From: an uncultured Planctomycetota bacterium
GTDB taxonomy: Bacteria; Planctomycetota; Planctomycetia; Pirellulales; Lacipirellulaceae
Direction of reading: 5' to 3'
DNA: 64,000 nt
Assembly (NCBI GenBank): GCA_963719315.1
Contig: CAVRBU010000010.1
Span: 1-64,000 of the forward strand
Shown here: piece after piece, positions 50,572 to 60,716 of the stretch
How positions within the stretch are numbered: position 1 is the stretch's first letter
Layout of the letters: the number at the start of each line of letters is the position of its first letter
Notes under the pieces: generated by a model
The model's input: the letters and a program-made list of their open reading frames with translations, nothing else
Databases searched by the model: none
What the model was told of the DNA's origin: nothing
Position numbers and translations under genes: made by a program

Positions 50572-52056
50572 CTAGGCATACAGGATTTCACCATCCTGAG
50601 ATTCCTCGTACAGCCGCGCGCGTAATTCGCCCGTCATCCGGAGAGCCATCTCCAGCGCGTCGGGCCCGTCATCATGATCGCCGTTGGGAAAGTCACGAAG
50701 TTGTTGGACCAACCGGCGTGCTCCCGGCGAATCGCGTAAGAAACGCAGTTTGTGCTGGGCCAGCAGCGATGTCAGCCGGCGGATGCGGACCAGCTTGTTG
50801 ACCGTGTTGGTCATCGTGTACAGCGGCATCGACATGTGCCGCTGGGCGCACCGCTGCCGGATTTGCTCGGCCAACAGCTCCTGGAACTGGTTGACCTCGA
50901 CGCCAAACCAATCGGGCTGAAATTCGCGCTGGATTTCCACGGCCAGGTCGGTAATCACCGCCGTGTTGCACTTGACCAGCTCCGCATCGATGTAACCGCA
51001 GCCGTCGGCGACCACTACCATCACAAAGGCGGAATAATCGCCGAACTTGGATTCGACGCCTTTGCTCGGGTCGAGGGCCACGGTCTTGCAGATCCATTCG
51101 TGGGGCCACTCATCGAACCAGATGTCAGGCGTAAAGAACGAATCAGGCCATTCGGCGTGGCCTTCGGCGATCGGGTTCTGTTGATAAAGTGCCTGCCAAT
51201 AGTAGTGCGTGTGCGTCTCGCGGACTTTCTCGAGTCGTTCGCGGGTGAACACTTCGGGCCACAGCGGCTCGCCGGGCTGGCGTCCAAGCACGTCCTGTTC
51301 TTCCGCCAAGGCTGGGAACTTGACGACGCGCCAATGGTGACCCGTTTCTTCGGCCTGTCTGAGCACGCGCCCCGTGAGATCATCGCGGTTCCAGCGGGTC
51401 TGAATGAGGACGATCAGCGCGCCCGGGCGAAGGCGGGTCGTGGCCACACTCTGCCACCAATCCCATTGCTTTTCGCGGAACGTGCTGCTGCGGGCTTCTT
51501 CATCGTTCTTGATCGGATCATCCACAATCAGTAGATGGGCCCCTTTGCCTGTAATCGGGCCGCCGACTCCCGCCGCCGTCATGCCGCCTTCTCTGCCTTC
51601 CAGGTCCCAGCGGTTGGCCGCACCGCTTTTTCGGTGCACGCGGACGCCGAACAGCCAGCCATGATGCTCCAACAGGTCGCGCGCTTTGCGGCCCCAGGAA
51701 GCAGCGAAGTCGGCTTCATAGCTGGTCAGGATGACGCGGCGGTCGGGGTGGCAACCCAAGTACCAGGCCGGCAAATAGCGACTGCAGAGCTCGCTTTTGC
51801 CATGCTGGGGTGGCATTGAGACCACGAGCCCCTCGAGTTCACCCCGCTGGGCCGCTTCGATTGAATCCGTGATCGCCTGATCCAGGTAGGCCAGGTGGCG
51901 CGCCGGCAGCCACCGTCCCTCGCTCGCGATCTGCGCGAAGGAGCCGGGGCTCAGCACCGCCAAATCCTTCTCCAGCTGCCGCAGCTCCTTGTCGGTCGCG
52001 AAGGGCAGCAATGACGGTAAAGATGCGATCGCGTCGCTCATCGAAAGTGAATCCAT
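50572..52056 (-). CDS. Phage terminase large subunit (Terminase_6 type)
   Basis: MPPQHGKS, GGPITGKGAHLLIVDDPIKN, IQTRW, ALYQQNP, FPNGDHDDGPDA. Confidence 0.9.
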   Translation of the reverse strand: MDSLSMSDAIASLPSLLPFATDKELRQLEKDLAVLSPGSFAQIASEGRWLPARHLAYLDQAITDSIEAAQRGELEGLVVSMPPQHGKSELCSRYLPAWYLGCHPDRRVILTSYEADFAASWGRKARDLLEHHGWLFGVRVHRKSGAANRWDLEGREGGMTAAGVGGPITGKGAHLLIVDDPIKNDEEARSSTFREKQWDWWQSVATTRLRPGALIVLIQTRWNRDDLTGRVLRQAEETGHHWRVVKFPALAEEQDVLGRQPGEPLWPEVFTRERLEKVRETHTHYYWQALYQQNPIAEGHAEWPDSFFTPDIWFDEWPHEWICKTVALDPSKGVESKFGDYSAFVMVVVADGCGYIDAELVKCNTAVITDLAVEIQREFQPDWFGVEVNQFQELLAEQIRQRCAQRHMSMPLYTMTNTVNKLVRIRRLTSLLAQHKLRFLRDSPGARRLVQQLRDFPNGDHDDGPDALEMALRMTGELRARLYEESQDGEILYA

Positions 52057-52486
52057 CGGCCCCCTCCTCAATCCGTGCCGCGTTCAGTCCCAACAGCGCA
52101 CAGCGGTTGGCGATGCAGCGGTTGACCTGTTCCAGGAATCTTGGGTCGCCGTATTGGTTCCGCACGTGGCGGCGCGTGCGGCGCTGGTTCGTCTCGTCGC
52201 TGATATGAGCGCTTTGAGCCGGCTGCTGCGACCGCTCCCAGGCGGCCCAGGCCTCGCGCTCGACCCGGTCGATCTTCTGGAGTTCCAGGTCGCGGGCCTC
52301 GTCGAAGTCGCGGATCGCCGAGGCCCGCCATTCTTTGCGGATGTGAATCAGGTCCTGGGAAATCGTCGTCTGCGAGACGCCGAATTCGCCCGCGATCTTC
52401 ATCTGGGTCCAACCCTGGACGTACAGGTCGGCCACTTTCTGGCGGCGATCGACAAGGCACAGTTGTTGACCTCGCTGGACTGACAT
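51839..52486 (-). CDS. HTH protein, possible terminase small subunit
   Basis: GWTQMKIAGEFGVSQTTISQDL; directly upstream of the large subunit and overlapping it. Confidence 0.65.
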   Translation of the reverse strand: MSVQRGQQLCLVDRRQKVADLYVQGWTQMKIAGEFGVSQTTISQDLIHIRKEWRASAIRDFDEARDLELQKIDRVEREAWAAWERSQQPAQSAHISDETNQRRTRRHVRNQYGDPRFLEQVNRCIANRCALLGLNAARIEEGADGFTFDERRDRIFTVIAALRDRQGAAAAGEGFGGAEPRLLRADRERGTVAAGAPPGLPGSGDHGFNRSGPAG

Positions 52487-52671
52487 TAGTAGGCCCAATT
52501 GCTAAAGGGACGAGCTAGTAAAAATGGCGAATCTGCGAATCTTTGAGAATCTTTGGTCATCTGTCCGGAATTGGCTGGATGTTCTCCCCGGCCCGAGGTA
52601 ACTGATGTCCTGCTGCGTTGCGACGTTCGCGATGCATAACACAAGTTCCCCGAACGACGGAGATGCATACG

Positions 52672-53010
52672 ATGACGACGAAGAAGAAAGCAACGTCCAC
52701 GAAACGGACCACGAAAAAGGCGGCCGCGAAGCCCGCAACCAAGAAGTCGGCGGCGAAAACGGCGAAGCCAAAGAAGCCGAGCGCCCTGGACGCAGCGGCC
52801 AAAGTGCTCGGCGAATCGAAAGAGCCGCTCACGACCAAGGAGATGATCGACGCGATGCAGGCGAAGGGCTACTGGAAAAGCCCTGGTGGCAAGACGCCTG
52901 ATCGCACGCTCTATAGCGCGATCCTGCGGGAGATCGTGGTGAAGAAGGCCGAGTCCCGATTCAAGAAGTCCGAGCGGGGCAAGTTCACGCTCAAGAAGAA
53001 GGGGAACTAG
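52672..53010 (+). CDS. Lys/Ala-rich winged-helix (HARE-HTH-like) DNA-binding protein
   Basis: [10 protein letters not shown]...[21 protein letters not shown]...[10 protein letters not shown]. Confidence 0.8.
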   Translation: MTTKKKATSTKRTTKKAAAKPATKKSAAKTAKPKKPSALDAAAKVLGESKEPLTTKEMIDAMQAKGYWKSPGGKTPDRTLYSAILREIVVKKAESRFKKSERGKFTLKKKGN

Positions 53011-53013
53011 GCC

Positions 53014-53205
53014 ATGTGGCGAATTGCATTCGAGGACGGACTGATGATGGTCATGGATGACCAGAACCAGGGATACGATTGCCTGGACCTCGACGGCTGC
53101 ACGCTCGAGGCGGCCGGCGCGCAGATCGACGGCTGGGCCCGCCAGTACGCGTTCAACGTCGAGGCCGCCAAGCGCGAGCTGGCCGAGTACTACCCGCAAC
53201 TGTAA
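53014..53205 (+). CDS. Hypothetical protein
   Basis: 63-aa ORF directly after the HTH gene, followed by a hairpin at 53234-53254. Confidence 0.5.
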   Translation: MWRIAFEDGLMMVMDDQNQGYDCLDLDGCTLEAAGAQIDGWARQYAFNVEAAKRELAEYYPQL

Positions 53206-53282
53206 TCCGTGAAAATCCAACGTTCGTTCCCACACGGCCCCGTCCTGGGGCCGTTTCTCGTGGTTTAGTATGACTGTCGCCT

Positions 53283-53760
53283 TCATGCCGCCGCCTCCGG
53301 CGCAGTTATGCGCTCGGCTCTTTTACCACTGAACTGCTCCCACCTCGTGACAATCACATCGCAATACAGCGCGTCGAGTTCCATCAAGAAAGCCTTACGA
53401 TTGGTCTGCTCGCAGGCAATCAGCGTCGAGCCCGAGCCCCCGAATAGATCGAGTACGTTCTCCCCTTCCCGCGACGAGTACTGAATCGCCCGCACCGCGA
53501 GTTCGACAGGTTTTTCCGTTAAGTGCACCATCGACTGCGGGTTGACTTTCTTCACATGCCACAGATCGGTGGTGTTGTTGGGCCCGAGGTACAGATGGGC
53601 AGCGCCTTCCTTCCAACCGTAGAACGCGATTTCAAACGCGCCCATGAAGTCCTTGCGCGTGAGCACCGGATGCTGCTTGTCCCAGACGATGCCCTGTGAG
53701 AAGTACAGACCGTTCTTCTTCAGAAATGGCGGGTAGTTGCCGAGGTTGGCATAACCGCCT
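53283..53760 (-). pseudogene. Phage-type N6/N4 DNA methyltransferase, 5'-truncated
   Basis: HLTEKPVEL, VLDLFGGSGSTLIA, ELDALYCDVI. The frame is open up to the repeat junction (GGYANLGNYPPFL). Confidence 0.88.
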
Positions 53761-53943
53761 CCCCGTATAGGACGGATTTACGAACTTTGGCGCACGAGCG
53801 CATTTTCGTAAATCATTGAGAGGGAAGCGATTAGCGAGTTCGAGTCCTATTCGGTGGGGCCGACCGGATGAGACGGAATGCGAACTTATTAGAGCGCCGG
53901 TTAACAGGCCCGCGCTCGCGCGAAAAAAGTTAGAGCGCGGCGC
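53758..53943 (+). repeat. ~185-bp non-coding repeat, near-identical to 23037..23224
   Basis: Direct alignment by eye. Confidence 0.92.
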
Positions 53944-54079
53944 GAGCGCCCTCATTCGGGATCGTCCAGCAGCGAGCTGGATGTTGTCCTAATATAGGTC
54001 TCGCCACGCCCCCATCCTCCCTGTCCTCCCGCCAGGGGGAATTTTTTCCCCCGCGCTGCTTTACAGCTTGAATTCCCGG

Positions 54080-55390
54080 TGTACAAAAAGATTGTCCTGC
54101 CCTTCCGCTAGCATGGAACGCCCCGGAGTATACCGCCATGGGATGGCCTGTCCAGCCGCTGCTGTTCTTTTTGGCCCGCTGCACCCGGAATCAACTCATC
54201 CGGCAGATCGAGTTCCTCAAGGCCGAGAACGAGATGCTGCGGAAACGGGTCCCGATCAAGCACATTCATTTGAAGGCGGACGAACGGGACCGACTCTTAA
54301 AACTGGCACTGGCCATCGGCCCCGAAGTCAAACACCTGATTTCGATCGTGACGTACGACACGATTCGCCGTTGGCGGCGGAAGGCGTGTGGCTTCATCCC
54401 CCGCGGGCCGAAGGGCCGGCCCAGGAAGCCCGAGGAGATCCGCGCGCTGGTCGTAAAGATCGCCCGCGAGACGGGCTGGGGCTACACCAGAATCCTGGGT
54501 GAGTTGCGGAAGCTTGGGATCACAGACATTTCGCGCCAGACCGTCGTCAACATTCTCCAAGAAGCGGGGCACAATCCCTATGCGCCGAAGGGACCGGGCA
54601 GCTGGGATGAGCTCATTAAGATGCACGCCGAAACGCTCTGGCAGTGCGATTTCTTCTCGAAACGGGTCTTGTCGAGGCTGGGTTTTCCACAGCTGTTTGC
54701 GATGGTGTTTTTGAACGTGGCGACGCGCAAGGTGTGGGTTTCGCCGGCCACGCGCAATCCGACTGAAGTGTGGGTTGAGGAGCAGGCGAAAGCCTTTATT
54801 GAGTATGCCCAGGCCAACGAGCTCAAGGTGGATTTGATAACGCGCGACAACGACCAGATTTACAAAAAGGGCTTTGATCGCGTGATGGGTGCTGCTGGTA
54901 TTCGAGCCAAGCGGCTTGCCCTGTGCTCGCCAAATCTAAACGTCTACGTCGAGCGGTTTATTCAGACGATCCAGGTTGAGTGCCTCGCCCACTTTCTGGT
55001 GTTCGGCGAGACGCACTTCGACCATCTGGTAAAGGAATACGTTGAGCACTATCACACGGAGCGGCCGCATCAGGGGCTGGGGAATCAATTGATCGTCGGC
55101 GAGCCGTCGCCTGGACAGGGCAACGTCCATTGCCACATACGGCTCGGCGGATTGCTGAAGCACTACTACTGCCAAGCCGCTTGATGGGCGGCTTCATTAC
55201 CTTGGGCCGGTCGTCAAAGAACTACCGGCCAGGATGGACCGCGCCGGGGCCGCTTGCGCGGCGAATTTTCTCTTGCTGAACAGTCTACCAACTCCGTCGG
55301 ATCTTCACATTCGGTGGCAATCCCGATCGCTCGATGGCCTCGCTCTGACGGTTCCTGCCAACAACTTGCGGTTCGCAATCTAATTGTACA
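54080..55390 (+). mobile_element. rve/IS481-like element, copy 3
   Basis: TGTACAAAAAGATTG ... CAATCTAATTGTACA. Confidence 0.8.
54138..55184 (+). CDS. Integrase-core (rve) DDE transposase
   Basis: WGYTRILGEL, QCDFF, TRDND, VERFIQT, ERPHQG, RLGGLLKHY. Confidence 0.9.
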   Translation: MGWPVQPLLFFLARCTRNQLIRQIEFLKAENEMLRKRVPIKHIHLKADERDRLLKLALAIGPEVKHLISIVTYDTIRRWRRKACGFIPRGPKGRPRKPEEIRALVVKIARETGWGYTRILGELRKLGITDISRQTVVNILQEAGHNPYAPKGPGSWDELIKMHAETLWQCDFFSKRVLSRLGFPQLFAMVFLNVATRKVWVSPATRNPTEVWVEEQAKAFIEYAQANELKVDLITRDNDQIYKKGFDRVMGAAGIRAKRLALCSPNLNVYVERFIQTIQVECLAHFLVFGETHFDHLVKEYVEHYHTERPHQGLGNQLIVGEPSPGQGNVHCHIRLGGLLKHYYCQAA

Positions 55391-55515
55391 CGACGGAGTT
55401 TTCTATTACTTTGTTGCAAGATTTGGGCGGGAAGCGATATATTAAACGATGTAGAAAATCTATATTCGATCAGCATCGAAAGTGACAGCCTAAGAGACTT
55501 CTTCGTCACGCGAGT

Positions 55516-56886
55516 TTGGTAATGCTAGTCGGGATGGTTGTTAATACGCCCAGCTTGGTTCACGGGGTCGATTTGACCGGCTACTTGCCGTATTACCGAA
55601 TGGGGACGACCTACAACAACAATGTGCTGCCAACGCAACTCTCGATGCTTAACGAAGTGCGCTACTTCGGACTAACAGCAGGCAGCGACGGATCGATCGT
55701 ACCCCTTTCTGGAAGTGGTAATCTGTCGACGCACCAAAACAACATCTCGACGATTGAGCAAAAGATCGGCGCGCTGCCCGCAAACGAGCGCCCAAGAGTT
55801 GATTTAACACTGGGGGGCGCCGGCGAGTCTGCAAACTTTGCGACGATCGCAGTGAGTTCGACGCTTCGAGCAACCTTCGCCCAAAACATCGCGAACCTAT
55901 TGAATCAAACCGGCGCAACCGGTGTGGACATCGATTGGGAAAGCCCCGACAACAATAACGCCACGCAGCTCAGTAATTATTCGTTGATGCTGCAACAAAT
56001 CAAGCAGGCGCTCGGATCATCGAACGGTGTGTATGCGACGATTGAACCGCAAATCAACTTACCACCCAGTGTGCTGCAGGGTGCGAACGCGATCGACGGC
56101 ATTTCATTGATGACGTATGACCTGTCCTGGTGGACAAACGACGCTGCTGATACGAATCGCGGAGAACACTCTCTGCCTCAGTATGTGACCGACACAGTCG
56201 ATGATTGGACCAGCCCCAGCGGATCGACAAATCGCCGACCCTACGTATTCGCCAAGTGGGGCAAAGGAGTCGATCCGGCAGACCTCGGTGTCGGCCTACC
56301 GTTCTACGGCCACGTCATTGGTACGAGCCAGAATCGTCAGGGAGGAACAGCGTACACATATAGCCAACTTGTTTCCGGCGGCACACCAGATTCCTCGGGT
56401 AATTACTACACTTATGCCGGCCAAACCGTCTGGTTACCGGGACCTAGCCTGGCCGCTCAACGAGTGCAGTTTGCGCACGATCGAGGGCTGCAAAATGTGT
56501 TCATCTGGGAGCTGGGACAGGACTTGGACCCGACTAGTTCGAACTCGCTGCTGCGAAGCGCGTTTCTCGCCAACGAGACGTTAATGGGTGACTTCAACGG
56601 CGACCGCGACATTGATTCAACTGACTACGATGTCTGGCGAACAACATTTGGTTCAACGATGGATCTGCGAGCCGACGCCAACGGAGACGGAATGATTGAT
56701 AGCGCCGATTATGTGATTTGGCGGCAGAACGCGATGAGCGTGGTTAGTGGAGTGGCGATTGGCAGCACCGTTCCGGAACCGGAGTCGCTAACTGTGATTC
56801 CTACCGTCTGCGTGTTTTTCTTCATCGTTCGTCGGCGAATCGAATTGAGCGGCAAGCACCAGTTTTCTAATTCAGTACAAACTTAA
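55516..56886 (+). CDS. GH18 glycoside hydrolase with dockerin-like region and PEP-CTERM
   Basis: TLGG, catalytic GVDIDWE, LMTYD, GLPFYG, FIWEL, VPEP. Start codon uncertain. Confidence 0.85.
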   Translation: MVMLVGMVVNTPSLVHGVDLTGYLPYYRMGTTYNNNVLPTQLSMLNEVRYFGLTAGSDGSIVPLSGSGNLSTHQNNISTIEQKIGALPANERPRVDLTLGGAGESANFATIAVSSTLRATFAQNIANLLNQTGATGVDIDWESPDNNNATQLSNYSLMLQQIKQALGSSNGVYATIEPQINLPPSVLQGANAIDGISLMTYDLSWWTNDAADTNRGEHSLPQYVTDTVDDWTSPSGSTNRRPYVFAKWGKGVDPADLGVGLPFYGHVIGTSQNRQGGTAYTYSQLVSGGTPDSSGNYYTYAGQTVWLPGPSLAAQRVQFAHDRGLQNVFIWELGQDLDPTSSNSLLRSAFLANETLMGDFNGDRDIDSTDYDVWRTTFGSTMDLRADANGDGMIDSADYVIWRQNAMSVVSGVAIGSTVPEPESLTVIPTVCVFFFIVRRRIELSGKHQFSNSVQT

Positions 56887-56905
56887 CTTTTCCGAAACAC
56901 CGCTC

Positions 56906-58705
56906 ATGACACTGACGCTACTCGATTGGTCGGTCATCGCACTCTATTTTCTCTTCAACCTGGTAATCGGTCTTTATTTTGCCCGCCGAGCGCGAGGCAG
57001 CACCAGCGAATTCTTTCTATCGGGGCGTGATGCCCCATGGTGGCTAGCCGGCACGTCAATGGTGGCGACAACATTCGCCGCCGATACGCCGCTGGCTGTC
57101 ACCGGATTTGTGGCCAAAGACGGCATCGCCGGGAATTGGCTGTGGTGGAGCTTTGTCATGGGCGGCGTGATGACCGTCTTCTTCTATGCGCGCTTGTGGC
57201 GACGGGCCGGCGTCATGACCGACGTCGAGTTTGCCGAGCTGCGCTACTCCGGAAAACCGGCCGCGTTCTTGCGTGGTTTTCGGGCACTCTATCTGGGCAT
57301 TCCGATCAATTGCATTATTCTTGGCTGGGTGAACCTGGCGATGGTGAAGATTCTCGCCGCGACGTTGGGCATTGGCCAAGTGGCGGCGCTCGTGATTCTT
57401 GCGGGGATTTTGCTATTTACCGCCTTCTACACAACTATCGCTGGCTTGTGGGGCGTGCTCGTCACAGATCTTGTGCAATTCGTGCTGATGATGTCGATGG
57501 TGATTTTTCTGGCGGTTGTTGCCGTAAATGCCGTTGGTGGCATCGACGAATTGAAGAGCCACGTTGCGTCGCTCGATGCGGCGCGGGGGCGAGCCGGTTC
57601 GCGGCTCGCATTCTTTCCACAGCTTGATTCCGCCTGGATGCCCGTGCTCGCTCTGTTCGTGTACTTGTTCGTCAATTGGTGGGCCGCATGGTACCCCGGG
57701 GCCGAACCGGGTGGCGGCGGGTACATCGCTCAGCGGATATTCTCTGCGAGGAACGAACGGCACGGCGTGTTGGCGACGTTATGGTTCAACGTCGCCCACT
57801 ATGCGCTGCGACCCTGGCCGTGGATTCTGACTGCTTTGGTTTCAATCGTTTTGTATCCCAATCTGGTTGACAAAGAAGCCGGATATATCCACACCTTTAT
57901 GGACCCTGCCGTTTTTCCCCAGTGGCTCCGCGGATTCATGATTGCCGGTTTTGCCGCGGCCTACATGTCGACCGTTGCGACGCAGTTGAATTGGGGCGCA
58001 TCGTACGTCGTCAACGATTTTTATCGCCGGTTCGCCATCCGCGACGCTAGCGAGAAGCACTACGTGGTTGCGGCACAAATAACCACCATATTGCTGATGG
58101 CGTTTTCTCTGATTGTTACCCTTTACCTTGAATCGGTCGGTGACGCATGGAAGCTTTTGTTGGCGATCGGTGCCGGCACCGGCCTCGTTTTGCTACTGCG
58201 TTGGTATTGGTGGAGAGTCAACGCCTGGTCCGAAGTCGCCGCGATGATTGCGGCCGGTGCCATTTCGCTGCTGTTGCGGTTCTATTGGAAGTGGGACACG
58301 GACGACAGCCAATTCGCGCAAGGCATGCTCGTTACAGTGGCCGTTACCTCGGCTGTGTGGATACTCGTTACGTTTCTGACACCACCTGAACCACAAGAAA
58401 AACTGGTCGCGTTCTATCGCCGCGTTCGGCCAGCGGGCCCGGGCTGGAAGTCGATCGCCGCCCTCGCAGAAGATGGCGGGAGCGGACCTACAGAAAGCCT
58501 GGCATCCATGTTCGCGAATTGGGTTTTAGGATGCGTCTTAATCTATGCGGCCCTATTCGGTATCGGGAATTTAATTTTCAAGCAATGGACGCCGGCATTG
58601 GTGTGCATCGTAGTAGCAGCAGTAGCGGCTGGCCTGATTTCTCGAAGCCTTTCGCGCCGATTGGCAGGAAATCACAACGGAGTGAGCGGACTGGTTATTT
58701 TGTAG
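56906..58705 (+). CDS. Sodium:solute symporter
   Basis: FFLSGR, SMVATTFAADTPL, AEPGGGGYIAQR, AAYMST. Confidence 0.92.
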   Translation: MTLTLLDWSVIALYFLFNLVIGLYFARRARGSTSEFFLSGRDAPWWLAGTSMVATTFAADTPLAVTGFVAKDGIAGNWLWWSFVMGGVMTVFFYARLWRRAGVMTDVEFAELRYSGKPAAFLRGFRALYLGIPINCIILGWVNLAMVKILAATLGIGQVAALVILAGILLFTAFYTTIAGLWGVLVTDLVQFVLMMSMVIFLAVVAVNAVGGIDELKSHVASLDAARGRAGSRLAFFPQLDSAWMPVLALFVYLFVNWWAAWYPGAEPGGGGYIAQRIFSARNERHGVLATLWFNVAHYALRPWPWILTALVSIVLYPNLVDKEAGYIHTFMDPAVFPQWLRGFMIAGFAAAYMSTVATQLNWGASYVVNDFYRRFAIRDASEKHYVVAAQITTILLMAFSLIVTLYLESVGDAWKLLLAIGAGTGLVLLLRWYWWRVNAWSEVAAMIAAGAISLLLRFYWKWDTDDSQFAQGMLVTVAVTSAVWILVTFLTPPEPQEKLVAFYRRVRPAGPGWKSIAALAEDGGSGPTESLASMFANWVLGCVLIYAALFGIGNLIFKQWTPALVCIVVAAVAAGLISRSLSRRLAGNHNGVSGLVIL

Positions 58706-59756
58706 CGGTGGATTTCCGTAAGAGGTCCAGTCCTTTGACAAGCGGCTCGAACTCAGACCAATTCGCGCGGCGTTGCGACCAGGTGGTAAAGATGTGCCCG
58801 ACGAGCAAACCGTCTTTTTGGTTCGCTTGGGCGTCGCGGATGAGTGCGAGCGTGGCGTCGGTGTTTTTCCAACTCGCGGGCAGGATGCGGGTGCCTTTGG
58901 ACATGAACATCGGCAGCGATTCATAATGATTGCGCAGTTCATAGTGCCAAGGGCAGAGAATAATGTCCTTGGGAATTTTGTCGATGGCAGGTGCAGTACC
59001 AACTTTTGAGGCTTCCCACTCACCCATGTTGAATCGTTTGCCGTCGATCAGCCGATCTGCCCACATCAGCATCGTTAGCCCGCGCTTACCTGCGATATGA
59101 GCGTGAAGGTCGTTCACGGCCTTGGCGAAAACATCGGCGGGATCATGACCTTTGGTCAAAGGTGCCTTGTCGGACGCTAAAAGGAAAACTTCATCCATCC
59201 CCACGTGAAACGCCTTGGCGTCGAACGCATCGATCAATTCGTCGATAAGCGGGAAAACGATTTGGTTGGTCTTTGGATTGAGCGGGTCCCATTCGCGGCA
59301 ATAGATGCCCTTATTCTTTGGGAACACGCTTGGCGTGAGATCAAGCTCGGGATACTTCGTGAGTAGCGGGCCAGTGTGTTCCTTCCACGACTGATGCCCG
59401 AGACACTGAAATTGCGGAACTAACTCGATATTGTTCTTGTCGCAGGCGGCACGAAATGCTTTCGCTCCCTCCTTTGAGATCGGCGATTCACCTTGCCGCA
59501 GCTCGGGATGGAACTCGTATGCGAACGAATAGTCAACTTCTAAGATGATGCAATTGATCCCAAGTTTGGAAAGCTGCGGCAATTGATCGGTCAGTTTTTT
59601 TAGCGCAGCATCGCTGGTGTAATTGATGACATGGAGCGCGTACCAAGGGTGCTCGGCTGTGGGCGGAACAACGGCGCTGGCTGCGGCCGTGTAGAACGAC
59701 GCTGCCGCCATCACAGCAAACCGAATGAAATTCGTTGCGTGTCTCGATAACGTCAT
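58695..59756 (-). CDS. GH20-family glycoside hydrolase (hexosaminidase-like)
   Basis: Signal peptide, IELVPQFQCLGH, catalytic FHVGMDEV, MWADR. Confidence 0.82.
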   Translation of the reverse strand: MTLSRHATNFIRFAVMAAASFYTAAASAVVPPTAEHPWYALHVINYTSDAALKKLTDQLPQLSKLGINCIILEVDYSFAYEFHPELRQGESPISKEGAKAFRAACDKNNIELVPQFQCLGHQSWKEHTGPLLTKYPELDLTPSVFPKNKGIYCREWDPLNPKTNQIVFPLIDELIDAFDAKAFHVGMDEVFLLASDKAPLTKGHDPADVFAKAVNDLHAHIAGKRGLTMLMWADRLIDGKRFNMGEWEASKVGTAPAIDKIPKDIILCPWHYELRNHYESLPMFMSKGTRILPASWKNTDATLALIRDAQANQKDGLLVGHIFTTWSQRRANWSEFEPLVKGLDLLRKSTATK

Positions 59757-59822
59757 TTGTGCTCCGATTAAAATCCGCTATTGCCGTTTCATACCGAAAT
59801 TGATGCCGATCGATAGCACAGC

Positions 59823-59853
59823 AAAAAAGCCGTGCGGCAAGGGCCGCACGGCT
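59823..59853 (-). terminator. Intrinsic terminator
   Basis: AGCCGTGCGG..CCGCACGGCT stem followed by a T-run on the minus strand. Confidence 0.75.
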
Positions 59854-59881
59854 GCACGTTTCAAAGGGGATCGTATCCGAT

Positions 59882-60532
59882 CTAGCCGCGACGCCGACGG
59901 CTGACGAATCCCAACACCACGGCTCCAATGCTTAACATACCCAACGTGGCTGGCTCAGGAACGACTCTCAGGTTGTCGAACTGAAATGTATACGGCCCTA
60001 CCACCCCCTGCGCGGGGCCAAAGCTCAGATCGATTTGGTACGCCCAAGGCTGACTCGGATCCAACGTGATATGCGGGGTACCGAACTGCGTGTTGGTTAG
60101 CGGAATCTGTAGCGTGACTGTCGATCCGGACGACAGCGCAAACGTGGGACTGAAACCCGTCTCGTCGGCATCGAGACCCGGGCCGCGAATGCCCGTCTGG
60201 AAGAACGTCACGTCGATGTTACCGAAGTTGAATTGGGTGTTCGGCACGGTCATATCGATGAGCATGAAAGGCGAGTTGTTGATAGTCGTTGCGCGAGCCG
60301 CATCGGTCAAGGTCGCGCTCTGTGGCCCACCAAACCCCGCGGCGGGCACGGTTACCTGAAGCGATTGAACGCCCTGCGTCACACCAACATTGCTAAGCGT
60401 GGGTACGTAGGCGGGGGGGTTGCCGATGTACGGCATCCCGCTCTCGCCGTTCTCATAACCGAACAGGAGTTGCGCCGAAACCGGCGCTGCATACAGGACG
60501 ACCAGTAATGCAGACATGATGCAACACTTCAT
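59882..60532 (-). CDS. PEP-CTERM protein
   Basis: Signal peptide; VPEPATLGML...RRRG. Confidence 0.85.
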   Translation of the reverse strand: MKCCIMSALLVVLYAAPVSAQLLFGYENGESGMPYIGNPPAYVPTLSNVGVTQGVQSLQVTVPAAGFGGPQSATLTDAARATTINNSPFMLIDMTVPNTQFNFGNIDVTFFQTGIRGPGLDADETGFSPTFALSSGSTVTLQIPLTNTQFGTPHITLDPSQPWAYQIDLSFGPAQGVVGPYTFQFDNLRVVPEPATLGMLSIGAVVLGFVSRRRRG

Positions 60533-60716
60533 TAATCGCTCCAATCTGTGCGATGGCACGAATGTGAACGGTACTTCGCGGTTCGCGAACTTGGTCGCGG
60601 CGCATACCAAACGGCTTCTCATGGTGACCCTCCGAGCTAAAAGTTTGAACTTGTCATTAGAACTGCGCCTCGTATCGGTTTCAATGATTACTATAATCAG
60701 GCATTACAAATCTGCA

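Noticed and set aside
53283..53760. Restriction-modification or defence system
   Set aside because: The MTase is a truncated phage-type orphan, with no nuclease partner nearby.
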